A stretch of DNA of 64,000 bases from an uncultured Clostridia bacterium (GCA_948471525.1 CAOKSY010000003.1:15265-79264); one strand, 5' to 3'. Positions 14,396 through 24,777 are shown, counted from the first letter of the stretch. Numbers and translations: made by a program. Notes: generated by a model from the letters alone, not told the origin.

Positions 14396-15271
14396 TCAAA
14401 GATTTTTTATTATTTTTTTGCAAGCCTTCTTACCTTCCGCGGAAAGTTCGGTAAACGGTTTTCTGCAGCCGTTCATCTCTATTCCCATCTCTTCGAGCAA
14501 AGCCTTTTCCATTGCAAATACGCCGTACTTTATAAGTTCGGTAATTATTTCGTTGGCTTCGTACTGGATCTTCTGCGCCTGCTTGATATTACCTTCGTTG
14601 AAGACTCTGTACATCTCGACGTATTTTTCAGGCATAAAGTTATAGGTAGAACCTATTCCGCCGTCGGCGCCCATGCTCAGTCCCGCAACCAACATCTCGT
14701 CAAAGCCGTTGTATACGAGCGGGTCGCATTCCATAGTCTTGAATTGCTGAAGCGCAAAAAGATCGGAAGTGGTATGCTTGATGCCTATGAATTTCTTGTT
14801 CTTAAACATATCTTCGGCGCGTTCTTTGTCAAACTTAAATCCGTTCGCGTTGGGGAAATTATACATTATCATAGGGATATCGACGCTGTTGGCTATATCG
14901 TTGTAATATCCCTTGATAGCCTCGTAAGAAAATCCGTAATAATAAGGCGCGACAGCCGAGATCGCGTCGTAGCCGCATTCCTCTGCGTATTTTGCCATCT
15001 CTATCGCGTGCTCGGTATTGATAGTGCCGACGTGCGCGATCATAGTTCCTCTGCCCGAGTTACTGTCCGCCGCATATTTAAAGAGATGTTTTCTCTCCTC
15101 GACCGTCAACAACATTCCTTCGCCGGTAGAACCTCCGACATAGAATCCGTTGATGCCCTTGGACAGATTCATATCCACGATTTTTTTGACTGAATTACCG
15201 TTGATCTTGCCGTCAGCGGTATAGGGAGTAAGCAGCGCGGAAAACACGCCCTTGAATTTTGCTCTATCCAT
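14396..15271 (-). CDS. nanA: N-acetylneuraminate lyase (DHDPS/NanA family)
   Basis: GVFSALLTPY...GFYVGGSTGE... places it in the DapA/NanA family, within an operon containing nanE, nanK and a sialidase. The start is placed at ATG 15271, with AGAGGTG 6 nt upstream, rather than at the track's GTG at 15280. Confidence 0.8.
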   Translation of the reverse strand: MDRAKFKGVFSALLTPYTADGKINGNSVKKIVDMNLSKGINGFYVGGSTGEGMLLTVEERKHLFKYAADSNSGRGTMIAHVGTINTEHAIEMAKYAEECGYDAISAVAPYYYGFSYEAIKGYYNDIANSVDIPMIMYNFPNANGFKFDKERAEDMFKNKKFIGIKHTTSDLFALQQFKTMECDPLVYNGFDEMLVAGLSMGADGGIGSTYNFMPEKYVEMYRVFNEGNIKQAQKIQYEANEIITELIKYGVFAMEKALLEEMGIEMNGCRKPFTELSAEGKKACKKIIKNL

Positions 15272-15297
15272 AAATTGCACCTCTCTAGGTTTAAATT

Positions 15298-16179
15298 TTA
15301 TTGTCTGTCGAATTTGCCGTTTGCCATAGCGTATACGCTTCCGAGCACGCCGGCTTTATTGCCCAATCCCGCGCAAGCAATAGGCGCTTCGGATCTGATC
15401 TTATACTCTTTCAGAAAATTCTGCCACCAGTATTCCGCCATTTCTATAACGCCGCCGCCCACGATGACCATATCCGGCGAATATCTCTTTACCGCCTCCG
15501 CTATCACCGTCGAAAAATCCTTATAAAACTTCGACATTACGTTCTTGCTTACAGCATCGTTTGCGCGGAACAAATGATATAGATTTTCATTGCCGTATCT
15601 CTTGAGCGCAGTCGCGGAAACATACTGCTCGGCGCAACCGCATTCTCCGCAAGTGCATTTTCTGCCGTCGGGATATAGTTTAAAATGTCCCATTCTCGTA
15701 TCTACTACAGAAGAAGAATCGAGCATTTTATCTTTGAGAAACGACACGCCCAAGCCTGTGCCGATAGTAAACATCATGATGCTGTTCGCTCTTCTTCCCG
15801 CGCCTATAAACGCCTCCGCCACCAACGCGCCCACCGCGTCGTTGATCGCGATCACTCTTCTGCCGAACTTCTCGCTGAGTATCTTGGAAAGTTCAAGTCC
15901 GGTATATCCCTTCAACGTATCGGTAGCAAACGTAACGGTGCCGCTGTCCCAATCTATAGTACCTGCGCTTGCCACAGCTATATACTCGCACGAACGCCAA
16001 TCGAATCGTTCTATAGACTTTATTATATTGGCTACTACGGCGTCTCTTCCATTTGCCGCTTCTGTCGGAATGGACTGAAACTTCAATATGGAATAGGTCT
16101 CCGGACGGGCTGGGTCGCCTATCTCTATAAGAGCGCTTTTGATGCTCGTACCGCCTACGTCCACCCCTATGCCTAACAT
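15298..16179 (-). CDS. nanK: ROK-family sugar kinase, probable N-acetylmannosamine kinase
   Basis: MLGIGVDVGGTSIK... is a ROK N-terminus, and a Cys cluster CTCGECGCAEQY is present. The start is trimmed to ATG 16179, which overlaps the nanE stop (ATGTTAG). The track's 30-codon N-terminal extension overlaps nanE. Confidence 0.8.
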   Translation of the reverse strand: MLGIGVDVGGTSIKSALIEIGDPARPETYSILKFQSIPTEAANGRDAVVANIIKSIERFDWRSCEYIAVASAGTIDWDSGTVTFATDTLKGYTGLELSKILSEKFGRRVIAINDAVGALVAEAFIGAGRRANSIMMFTIGTGLGVSFLKDKMLDSSSVVDTRMGHFKLYPDGRKCTCGECGCAEQYVSATALKRYGNENLYHLFRANDAVSKNVMSKFYKDFSTVIAEAVKRYSPDMVIVGGGVIEMAEYWWQNFLKEYKIRSEAPIACAGLGNKAGVLGSVYAMANGKFDRQ

Positions 16180-16850
16180 AATTTCATCGCTCCGACAAAT
16201 CTCTGCGTGATATCTTTTGGTCGGGTTATGCTGCTGCCGATCACGACCGCGTATACTCCGCACCCGCAAACTTTCTCAAGCTGTTCTCGCTCCCAAATAC
16301 CGCCTTCGGCGATTATCTTAGTATCGGGAAAAGCCTTGACAAGTTTTGTCAAAAAATCTATATCCGGCAGGTCTACGCCTTTGGTATAAGGCGTATAGCC
16401 TCTCATTGTCGAGCCTATATAATCGAAGCCCAATCTGTGAGCAATCTCCGCTTCTTCAAAGTCGGAACAATCCGCCATTATCTCCACGTCGGGAGCATTC
16501 TGTCTAATATACGCGACAAGATCCTCGAGTTTTTCGCCGTTGGGTCTAACTCTTTTCGTACAGTCTAGCGCGATAACTTCGCATCCCGTCGTAAGCAATG
16601 CTTTGACCTCTTTGAGCGTAGGCGTAATATATACGTCGCTGCCGTCGTAGACTTCTTTTATTATTCCTATCAGCGGCACGTCGACTTCTTTCTTGATATC
16701 GGCTATATCTCCGACGTAATTGGCTCTTATGCCGACCGCTCCGCCTGCAACCGCCGCTCTTGCAAAATATCCCATTATGCCAAGTCCGTAAAGAGGTTCT
16801 CCCTTTACCGCTTGACAAGATACTATAAGTCCTCTGTTGAGATTTGCCAT
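16173..16850 (-). CDS. nanE: N-acetylmannosamine-6-phosphate 2-epimerase
   Basis: MANLNRGLIVSCQAVKGEPLYG... is a typical NanE N-terminus. The start is trimmed to ATG 16850, with AGGAGA 7 nt upstream. Confidence 0.85.
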   Translation of the reverse strand: MANLNRGLIVSCQAVKGEPLYGLGIMGYFARAAVAGGAVGIRANYVGDIADIKKEVDVPLIGIIKEVYDGSDVYITPTLKEVKALLTTGCEVIALDCTKRVRPNGEKLEDLVAYIRQNAPDVEIMADCSDFEEAEIAHRLGFDYIGSTMRGYTPYTKGVDLPDIDFLTKLVKAFPDTKIIAEGGIWEREQLEKVCGCGVYAVVIGSSITRPKDITQRFVGAMKLC

Positions 16851-16878
16851 AACGTCTTCTCCTATCTCGAATATGATA

Positions 16879-18198
16879 TTACTTTTCTTTGATATAATCA
16901 AGCGTAACGATCATAAATTTTATCTCTTCGTGATTGGTGTCTTCCTCATAGAGCACGCCGATCTTTCCGTCGCCGAGCCATATCATGCTGCTGTATACGA
17001 ATTCTCCTTCCTTTATCAGTTTGGAATACTCGTAAGTCTCGCCGTAATCATAAGATATCCTTATCACTCCGTCGCGTCTCGCCGTCTTGTTGGCGGCATT
17101 GAGAAATACCGTAATCTCTCTATCTCCGTCATAACCTTTTATCACGCTGCACTGACAGATACATTGAGGTAAGTTGGGGTTATGTTTATAATCCTGCCAC
17201 GTCGCTCCGCCGTCGTCGCTGAGCGCGGTGGCTATCAATTTCTTGGGAGAATGATTGCGGATAAACAATTTCAGCACGCCTGCCGGACACTCTATCAACT
17301 GACATTCGGTTATGCAGTCGTTGGGCATGATAAGCCTATGTCCTATAGGCACTCCCAGTCTTCTCCTTGTCTGATTGGGGGATTTGCCTCTTTTCCAAGT
17401 AATTCCGCCGTCGTCGCTGTATATAACGCACGATGAAAGATTGAGTATTCCCGTCAGCGGAAGTGGGAAAGTATTGTAGTATATCGGTATTATAAGCCTG
17501 CCCTTATGCTTGCCTTCTTTTACCTTTATTCCAACTCCCGGTCCGGGACCTATAAAGGACATATACTTTTCTTTTATCTGATAAGATATATTACGAGGCT
17601 TGGACCAAGTAATACCGTCGTCCGTGCTCGTCACGATACAGAAGAAAGAAGTAGCGAGTTCTTTTAATCTTCCCGAATTGAGTTTATAATTGCCGGCAGG
17701 CTCGCCGTTATACTCGAGATCGCCGTTTTCCGCGACAGTCCATTCGTCAGCCTTCTCGCCGTTTTTTCGATATAGACATCCGTCTTTAAGCGTATATTTC
17801 TTTCTGCCGTCATACAGATAGAGATTGCCCTCGCCGTCCTGTCCCGTGCCGTTTTTACAGTTGAGTATGCCGACGCCAGCGGGAGTATGACAGTATGCGA
17901 TAAATATCGTGTCGGTATCTTCGTCGTAAAGCATACACGGATCTATTGCGGCGGAAGCGTCTTCCTTGCTTGCGCCCACTTCCTCCACCGCGACGATCTG
18001 TTCCTGCCACGTTTCGCCGCCGTCGACGGATCTGCGTACGACTTTGTCAATGCGGTTGGGATTGTCTCGACCCGTAAAAAATCTCTCGTCGGCACAAGCC
18101 ACGAGCGTTCCGCTCTTTGTTTTTATGATCGCAGGGATACGGTAGTTCTCCGCCCTTCCGCTCTCTTTTCCGAATACAGTTTGCGCCGTAGGTTTCAT
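16879..18198 (-). CDS. nanH: exo-alpha-sialidase (GH33), no signal peptide
   Basis: 439 aa with a YRIP motif (ENYRIPAII) and four Asp-boxes (SVDGGETW, STDDGITW, SDDGGITW, SDDGGATW). The N-terminus MKPTAQTVFGKESG has no hydrophobic signal. Confidence 0.88.
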   Translation of the reverse strand: MKPTAQTVFGKESGRAENYRIPAIIKTKSGTLVACADERFFTGRDNPNRIDKVVRRSVDGGETWQEQIVAVEEVGASKEDASAAIDPCMLYDEDTDTIFIAYCHTPAGVGILNCKNGTGQDGEGNLYLYDGRKKYTLKDGCLYRKNGEKADEWTVAENGDLEYNGEPAGNYKLNSGRLKELATSFFCIVTSTDDGITWSKPRNISYQIKEKYMSFIGPGPGVGIKVKEGKHKGRLIIPIYYNTFPLPLTGILNLSSCVIYSDDGGITWKRGKSPNQTRRRLGVPIGHRLIMPNDCITECQLIECPAGVLKLFIRNHSPKKLIATALSDDGGATWQDYKHNPNLPQCICQCSVIKGYDGDREITVFLNAANKTARRDGVIRISYDYGETYEYSKLIKEGEFVYSSMIWLGDGKIGVLYEEDTNHEEIKFMIVTLDYIKEK

Positions 18199-18209
18199 AA
18201 TTCTCTCCT

Positions 18210-19079
18210 TTATTCAATCTCGATAGCGAAAGAACATTCAAATTCTTCTCCCGCGCTCAATTTATTTATCGCCGTCTTATCTTTTATTTCTCTCTTAGGC
18301 GTCACGTCGTCGGGTATTCCCCACCAAGGTTCTACGCAAATATACTCGCCTCTGTCGGGATGCGACCAAAAAGCCAATACCGGCGGTTCGCCGAGAGAAA
18401 ACTTCAATTTCACGCCGTCAGCTCTCTCCAAAGTCAGTTCGTCGAATTTTTCGCCTGCGAATATCATAGTTCCGTATTTTTTCATCAACGTCTTATCGCA
18501 GGGCAATTCCGAAAAAGAATCGTACCCGCCGCGTCGCTCCACAAAGTGTCCAGCCCCGTCGAGATAGTACATATCCGGCGACATCTGTCTTCTGAATTTG
18601 ATAATATTGTCCGAGGTATCGAAATCGCCTTTTGATATGAGCGCGATAGCGGGATGTCCGCCTGCGAAAAAGTACATATCCTCGTCGCCGAGATTTTTTA
18701 CTTTCATAGTCTTGACGTATCTCTTTCCGTCGACTCTATGTATCACGCGCAAATCGAATTTATACGGATAGTATTTTAACGTATCTTCGCCGTATACGAA
18801 CTTATGCTCCACTCTATCTCCCGAAGCCTGCGCTATTTCAAAAACTCTGTCTGTGCAAAGACCGTGCAAAGGCATATCGTATCTTTTTCCTTCGACGGTA
18901 TAGTATCCGTCTTTCAGCCGCGCGACAAACGGGAATATCGTCACGTCTTTACCTGTCCAGCTGTCTGCCGATCCCTGCCAAAGCAATTCCCTCTCTTCTG
19001 CCTTATCGTAAAGACTCTCCAAAGTACTTCCTGTTTCGTTTATCTCTACTTTGAGATACTCCGACTTTATAATGCTCAT
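18210..19079 (-). CDS. aldose 1-epimerase (mutarotase)-like protein
   Basis: 289 aa. The general LacX/aldose-epimerase-like pattern (...ELLWQG...FPFVARL...GKRYDMPLHGL...) was judged by eye. It is the first gene of the nan operon. Confidence 0.55.
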   Translation of the reverse strand: MSIIKSEYLKVEINETGSTLESLYDKAEERELLWQGSADSWTGKDVTIFPFVARLKDGYYTVEGKRYDMPLHGLCTDRVFEIAQASGDRVEHKFVYGEDTLKYYPYKFDLRVIHRVDGKRYVKTMKVKNLGDEDMYFFAGGHPAIALISKGDFDTSDNIIKFRRQMSPDMYYLDGAGHFVERRGGYDSFSELPCDKTLMKKYGTMIFAGEKFDELTLERADGVKLKFSLGEPPVLAFWSHPDRGEYICVEPWWGIPDDVTPKREIKDKTAINKLSAGEEFECSFAIEIE

Positions 19080-19128
19080 ATCCGTCTCCTTTATTATTTA
19101 TTTACCGATATTATTCTCGTATGAAAAA

Positions 19129-20316
19129 TCATTTTGAGAATACTTCTTTCGCCAATTTCTCGAATGCGGGAAGAGCGGATCTTATCATATCGTGACTCAC
19201 GCAATAAGCAATCCTGACGTATCCCTCGCAACCGAAACTGCTGCCTCCGACTATGAGTATATTCAGCTTTTTAGCTTCTTCTACAAAGTCTTTTTCCTCT
19301 ATCGGGCATTTGACAAACAGATAGAACGCGCCGTCCGGACGTACGCACTCAAACCCGTATTCCTTCAACGCGGAATATAGCAGCCGTCTGTTTTTATCGT
19401 AAGCCTCGATATCCGTCTTTTCGTCCAAACACTTCTCTACCGCCAACTGCTGCAGAGACGGCGCGTTTACAAATCCGAGTATTCTTGTAGCCACGCCGCA
19501 CGCGGCTATCAACTCCTTACTTCCCTCCGCTCGATCGGATATCGCGAGATAACCTATACGTTCGCCGGGCAGAGAAAGGGATTTTGAAAAAGAATATCCC
19601 ACAATCGTATTGTCGTAATGGTTTGCGACAAAAGGAGCAGGCTCATCCGAATATATAAGTTCTCTGTAAGGCTCGTCCGATATGAGATAAATAGTATTGC
19701 CGTATTCATCGCTCTTACGCGCCATTATCTTGCTCATAACTTTCAACGTATATTCGTCGTACACTACGCCGGTAGGATTGTTGGGAGTATTGATTATTAC
19801 GGCTCTGGTCTTCGGCGTAAAGCATTTTTCAAAAGCTTCCGTATTGGGCAAAAACGTCGGAGGATTTGGCGGAACGACTACAGATACTCCGCCTGCATTG
19901 GAGATATAATTGTCGTATTCGCCGAAATAAGGAGCGATGACTATGACTTCATCTCCCTCGTTGATTATTGCTTTAAGAGCGACGTTTAGACCGCCTGCCG
20001 CCCCTACCGTCATAACGATATTATCCTCGCCGTAACTCGATCCGTATCTCTTGTTCAAATTGTCTGCGACAGCTTTCCTTGTAGATGAAAATCCGTTGTT
20101 GGTCATATATCCGTGCAATGCGAGCGGATCCGTCTCATCGATAACACGCTTTAATTCCTCGCCTATCTTCTTAGGAGCGGGAACGCTCGGATTGCCAAGC
20201 GAAAAATCGTAGACGTTCTCCTTGCCGTATATAGCGGCAAGCCTCTTACCTTCTTCAAACATCGCTCTTATCGCCGAGCCCGAACTCATTATTTTCTTCA
20301 TCTTTTCGGATATCAT
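19129..20316 (-). CDS. PLP-dependent aminotransferase, class I/II (aspartate/aromatic type)
   Basis: 395 aa with NTPNNPTG and the PLP-lysine motif YSFSKSLSLPGERIGY. Confidence 0.85.
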   Translation of the reverse strand: MISEKMKKIMSSGSAIRAMFEEGKRLAAIYGKENVYDFSLGNPSVPAPKKIGEELKRVIDETDPLALHGYMTNNGFSSTRKAVADNLNKRYGSSYGEDNIVMTVGAAGGLNVALKAIINEGDEVIVIAPYFGEYDNYISNAGGVSVVVPPNPPTFLPNTEAFEKCFTPKTRAVIINTPNNPTGVVYDEYTLKVMSKIMARKSDEYGNTIYLISDEPYRELIYSDEPAPFVANHYDNTIVGYSFSKSLSLPGERIGYLAISDRAEGSKELIAACGVATRILGFVNAPSLQQLAVEKCLDEKTDIEAYDKNRRLLYSALKEYGFECVRPDGAFYLFVKCPIEEKDFVEEAKKLNILIVGGSSFGCEGYVRIAYCVSHDMIRSALPAFEKLAKEVFSK

Positions 20317-20374
20317 ATGTCCACCTTGATTATTGATATAAATTTATACGGCAGTTCGACTGCCGACCGTTATC

Positions 20375-21325
20375 TCAGTACACGCAATTCTTTATCTTGC
20401 CGTCAAGATATGCGCGTACGTTGTCGATCGCTATCTCCATAAGACGGCTCCTCGCCTCTCTCGACGCCCAAGCCATATGAGGAGTAATATAACATCTCGG
20501 CGCGCCCAAAAGCGGATTTTCCACGGACGGAGGTTCGCTCGACAAAACGTCCGCCGCATAGCCGCCTATCTTTCCGCAGTCAAGTCCCGATCGTACGGCG
20601 CATTCGTCGACAACTCCGCCTCTTGCGGTATTGATAATTATGACGCCGTCTTTCATCGCCGATATCGCCTTGGCGTCAATAATTCTATCGCTGTCCGAGT
20701 TCATAGGACAGTGCAGGCTTATCACGTCGCTCTCCGAATACAATCTGTCCAAGTCCGCATATTCCGCATAAGCGTCGTCTTCAAACTTATGCCGTCTGTA
20801 TGCCAATACTTTCATACCCAAAGCGCAAGCTATCTTTGCGACTTCCTTGGCTATCGCCCCATAACCTATAAGCCCGACAGTCTTTCCGTCCAATTCGATA
20901 ATATCTTGAGATCTGAAACAAAAATCTTTGCATGCCGACCATTCGCCCTGTCGCACTTTACCGCTGTGCAGTCCCACTCCCATAGTGAGTTCGAGAAGCA
21001 ACGCAAGCGTAAGCTGAGCCACCGATTTCGTCGAATAATCGGGTATATTGCAGACAGGTATGCCCCTTTGCTCGGCATATTCGATGTCTACGACGTTATA
21101 GCCCGTAGACAGCAATCCGATATATTTCAAACGCGGAAGTTTCTCCAGCACTTTCTTATCCAACAACACCTTATTGACGATAAGTATCTCTGCGTCTTTC
21201 GCTCTTTCTACGACTTGATCGGGAGAGGTACGCTCGTAATAACTCAACTCACCCATATCGGCAAGTTCGCCCCAACTCAAGTCTCCCTCGTCTGTAGTGT
21301 AACCGTCCAAAATTACTATCTTCAT
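20375..21325 (-). CDS. D-isomer-specific 2-hydroxyacid dehydrogenase (glycerate/hydroxypyruvate reductase-like)
   Basis: MKIVILDGY..., the NAD fold GLIGYGAIAKEVA, RGGVVDE and HMAWAS. The start is trimmed to ATG 21325 so that it no longer overlaps the upstream gene. Confidence 0.8.
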   Translation of the reverse strand: MKIVILDGYTTDEGDLSWGELADMGELSYYERTSPDQVVERAKDAEILIVNKVLLDKKVLEKLPRLKYIGLLSTGYNVVDIEYAEQRGIPVCNIPDYSTKSVAQLTLALLLELTMGVGLHSGKVRQGEWSACKDFCFRSQDIIELDGKTVGLIGYGAIAKEVAKIACALGMKVLAYRRHKFEDDAYAEYADLDRLYSESDVISLHCPMNSDSDRIIDAKAISAMKDGVIIINTARGGVVDECAVRSGLDCGKIGGYAADVLSSEPPSVENPLLGAPRCYITPHMAWASREARSRLMEIAIDNVRAYLDGKIKNCVY

Positions 21326-21359
21326 AAAATCTCCATACGGTTTGACCGCAATTCCCGCT

Positions 21360-22703
21360 CTACTTTCTAAGTCCCTTGGGATAGTGATTTTTGGCATAAC
21401 TGCCGTCGCATTTACACCAACCTAGCGAAACGCCCTTATATACGGCGAGCGCCCAGCCCTTCTCTCCTTCGTATTCCAAAGTCTGACCGTTGATATATCT
21501 GTACGCGTCGTCTTCGCTGAGTTTCACTACGCGTTTGACCTCGCATGGTTTGAGCGCAATCGCGAGCGAATGAGAAGGCTCGAATCTGTTTTTTACCGCA
21601 ACTCCCAAATGCAGCCCCGCTCTCTCTACCTTGAGTCTATCCAATCTCGGCGCGCCTTCGGGCATCGCATAGAGATTGTCTCCGAAAGAAATATTGGGCG
21701 CAAACCGCACGTTGAGATTATCTTTCTGCCACTGCTCATACTCGGCGCACGCTTTTGAGTTGACGCGCTTTTCCTGCGCGGCATATCGAACTTCGCCTCT
21801 CTCGCCTCTATGTCTCAACACGGCAAAAAAGTGTCCTTCTCCGTCGACCTTGTGCGGATATATCCTATTGCACGTCTCTATATATCCCGCGTTTTCAGTC
21901 CCCGACGAAATACCTTTTTCAAAGGCATATCTTGAAGCGACGGTTTCGAAATCTCGGTATTTTGTCAGAAAAGCGTCTACCGTATCCTCGTTTTCTTCCT
22001 TAGAAAAAGTGCATGTAGAATACACGATCGTTCCGCCGTCGGCAAGCATATTGCGCGCGCAATCCAAAATCTCCGACTGCCTCTCCTTGCACATACGCAC
22101 GTTATCGGGAGACCACTCCTCTACGGCGAGAGGATTTTTTCGGAACATACCTTCGCCCGAACACGGCGCGTCTACGAGAATTTTGTCGAAAAATCCCGCA
22201 AATCTTCCGCTTAGCGCCTGCGGCGTTTCGTTGAGCACGATACAGTTTCTAATACCGCAACGCTCTATATTCTGCGAGAGGATCTTTGCCCTCGACGGTA
22301 TGATCTCGTTGGCGACCAAAATACCGCTCGACTTGAGCTTTGCCGCTATCTGCGTGCTTTTACCGCCGGGAGCGGCGCATAGATCGAGTATTCTGTCGCC
22401 TTCCCGTATATCGAGGTTTTCCGCGACCGCCATAGCGCTCGGCTCCTGTATATAGAATGCTCCGCCCTCGTGCAACGGATTTTTCCCCGGGCGGCGCGTC
22501 TCATCGTAATAATAAGCGTTCTCGCACCAAGGCACGCGTCTTGTCAATTCAAACTCTTTCTTTACGACCTCTTCACAATCCTTGAGAGTATTTATTCTCA
22601 AAGCGCGAAAACTGTCGCGTCGGTAACTCGCGACAAAGTCCTCGTATCCGTCGCCGAGCATATCTTTCATTCTCGATAAAAACTGTAAAGGAAGTTCGAC
22701 CAT
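21360..22703 (-). CDS. RsmB/RsmF-family rRNA cytosine-C5 methyltransferase
   Basis: NOL1/NOP2/Sun motifs: DLCAAPGGKSTQIA, DAPCSGEGMFRK and YSTCTFSKEENE. The start is trimmed to MVELPLQF at 22703. Confidence 0.82.
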   Translation of the reverse strand: MVELPLQFLSRMKDMLGDGYEDFVASYRRDSFRALRINTLKDCEEVVKKEFELTRRVPWCENAYYYDETRRPGKNPLHEGGAFYIQEPSAMAVAENLDIREGDRILDLCAAPGGKSTQIAAKLKSSGILVANEIIPSRAKILSQNIERCGIRNCIVLNETPQALSGRFAGFFDKILVDAPCSGEGMFRKNPLAVEEWSPDNVRMCKERQSEILDCARNMLADGGTIVYSTCTFSKEENEDTVDAFLTKYRDFETVASRYAFEKGISSGTENAGYIETCNRIYPHKVDGEGHFFAVLRHRGERGEVRYAAQEKRVNSKACAEYEQWQKDNLNVRFAPNISFGDNLYAMPEGAPRLDRLKVERAGLHLGVAVKNRFEPSHSLAIALKPCEVKRVVKLSEDDAYRYINGQTLEYEGEKGWALAVYKGVSLGWCKCDGSYAKNHYPKGLRK

Positions 22704-22719
22704 TGTTTTTCCCGCCGCA

Positions 22720-23745
22720 TTATTTATGTACGTCTTTCGACGGAGCGCGTCTCTTAGACCTCGGAATGCCATAAGACCTGATCCTGCCGTTGCTCCAAGT
22801 CTTGACGCCCTCGTACAAATCGCGATCGACGCCAAGCAGTTCCAACAATTCGTCTTCCGTAACCGTCTTTATCGTATTTTCTCCCAACTCTCTTACGTTC
22901 TGCGTGCGCTTGCACTCATTTCCGTATTCGAGGAAGTACTGCATCTTGCTCAATTTGCAAGTATAGTTTGCGCCCTGCCGTCTAAGAGTATTGACCAAGA
23001 AAAGCGCCTGCTTGAACTTGTCCTGCTCGAAATCGCAAGAGAAACTCAAAGTCTTGTTTTTGACCTTGCTTGTCTTCAACAACGATCTGTCCGTCTTGAC
23101 GTAACGCGCATATTCGGCGAGCTTTTTATAACTCGAAACCGTCACGTTGTGATTGACTACCTTTCCTTCGTCTACCGAATAATAACAATTGGGGAATTCT
23201 TCTATCAAAGCGTCGAGACTTGCTCCGCGGCTTTCGCACATCTTCTTTGCCACGCTCATCGTCAGATATGCGTCGTAGTCACTTCTGTGCAGATTTTCTA
23301 CGGAAATGCCGAAAGCGGCGCATATCTTGCCCAATCCGTTGTCTTTGCTTTCGGGCATTATAGCGCGGTGCAACATCTGCGTATCGTATGCGTTGAAAGT
23401 AAAATACTGCTTGCGGTATCTGTCGCATTCGGATAGTAGAAAATTGATATCGTTGATCACGGAATGTCCGAAGATAGTCACGTTTTTATCCTCGAGCAAT
23501 TCCTTTATTCTGTCGTAATAAAAATCAAAAGCAGGCGACTTTGTAAATTCTTCTTTAGGATAGCCCAATTCTATTCCCTCGCCGTCGCCTCTGGTAAGAT
23601 GAAATTTGCTTTTTGGATTTATCAGAATATCTTTTTGTTCGATTATATTGAAATTGCCGTCGGCAAGCACGTAGCCGAAACTGCATATCTTGCCGTGTCC
23701 GCCGAAACAGTTGGCGCATTCAATATCAAAGAACAAATAATTCAT
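22720..23745 (-). CDS. DEDDh 3'-5' exonuclease (DnaQ-like) with BRCT-like C-terminal domain
   Basis: 341 aa with LFFDIECAN (Exo I), FGHSVINDINFL (Exo II) and HRSDYDAYLT (Exo III, DEDDh). The C-terminal part, ...KTLSFSCDF...RRQGANY...LLELLG, looks BRCT-like. Confidence 0.7.
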   Translation of the reverse strand: MNYLFFDIECANCFGGHGKICSFGYVLADGNFNIIEQKDILINPKSKFHLTRGDGEGIELGYPKEEFTKSPAFDFYYDRIKELLEDKNVTIFGHSVINDINFLLSECDRYRKQYFTFNAYDTQMLHRAIMPESKDNGLGKICAAFGISVENLHRSDYDAYLTMSVAKKMCESRGASLDALIEEFPNCYYSVDEGKVVNHNVTVSSYKKLAEYARYVKTDRSLLKTSKVKNKTLSFSCDFEQDKFKQALFLVNTLRRQGANYTCKLSKMQYFLEYGNECKRTQNVRELGENTIKTVTEDELLELLGVDRDLYEGVKTWSNGRIRSYGIPRSKRRAPSKDVHK

Positions 23746-23799
23746 CGTACTATCCTTTAGTTTTTATTCGGACTCATATCCGCGTTTGCTATGCGTGTA

Positions 23800-24777
23800 T
23801 CAGAGAAGTTCTATTCCCTCTTTTCTGCATTTTTCTAGTTCCCCGTCGCTCCATACAGACGGCTGAACTTCGCCGATATGACGCTTGGCAAGTATAAACA
23901 TACACAATCTGGACTGACCTATGCCGCCGCCGATAGACAGCGGAAGTTCTCCGCTCTCCAACGCCTTGTGAAACGGAAGAGAAAGTCTGTCCAATGCGTT
24001 TTCAAATTTCAACTGGGACATCAATGAATCTCTGTCCACTCTTATACCCATAGACGAAAGTTCGAGTCCTCTGCCTATAGCGGGATAGTCTACGAATATA
24101 TCGCCGTTCAAATTCCAATCGTCGTAATCGGGCGCTCTGCCGTCATGCTTTTTTCCGCTTGCCAAAAGACCGCCTATCTGCATTATGAAGACTGCGCCGT
24201 ACTCCTTTGCCGCCGCGTTTTCTCTCTGCTGAGGTGTGAGGTCGGGATATCTGTCCTCAAGTTGCCGAGTTGTGACGAAAGAAATTTTTTCGGGAAGCTC
24301 CGCCTTGTCCAGTCCGTATTTTTCTCTCACTGCGTCAGTCGTGTACTTTATGACTTTGTATATCTTTTCCACGGTGATCTTGAGATAATCTATATTGCGG
24401 TCTTCCTTGGAGATCACCTTTTCCCAATCCCACTGGTCTACGTACAGCGAATGGATATTGTCGACGATCTCGTCGCGCCTTATAGCGTTCATATCCGTAT
24501 AAAGGCCTTTGTCCATTTCAAAGCCGTATTTTTTGAGCGCAAATCTCTTCCATTTGGCGAGACTGTGCACTACCTCGGCGATCTTGCCGCTCTCTTTTAT
24601 ATCGAAAGACACGGGACGTTCCGTACCGTTGAGATTGTCGTTGAGACCGCTGTCGCTGAGTACGAAGAGAGGCGCGGAAACTCTACTCAGCGAAAGTTCT
24701 TTCGCGAGCGCGTCGATAAACGTATCCTTACAATCCTTTATAGCTTTCTGCGTCTCCAATAACGATAATTTTTTCAT
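23800..24777 (-). CDS. asnA: aspartate--ammonia ligase
   Basis: MKKLSLLETQKAIKDCKDTFIDALAKELSLSRVSAPLFV... and ...GGGIGQSRLCMFIL are AsnA hallmarks. The start is ATG 24777, with GGTGG 5 nt upstream. Confidence 0.88.
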   Translation of the reverse strand: MKKLSLLETQKAIKDCKDTFIDALAKELSLSRVSAPLFVLSDSGLNDNLNGTERPVSFDIKESGKIAEVVHSLAKWKRFALKKYGFEMDKGLYTDMNAIRRDEIVDNIHSLYVDQWDWEKVISKEDRNIDYLKITVEKIYKVIKYTTDAVREKYGLDKAELPEKISFVTTRQLEDRYPDLTPQQRENAAAKEYGAVFIMQIGGLLASGKKHDGRAPDYDDWNLNGDIFVDYPAIGRGLELSSMGIRVDRDSLMSQLKFENALDRLSLPFHKALESGELPLSIGGGIGQSRLCMFILAKRHIGEVQPSVWSDGELEKCRKEGIELL

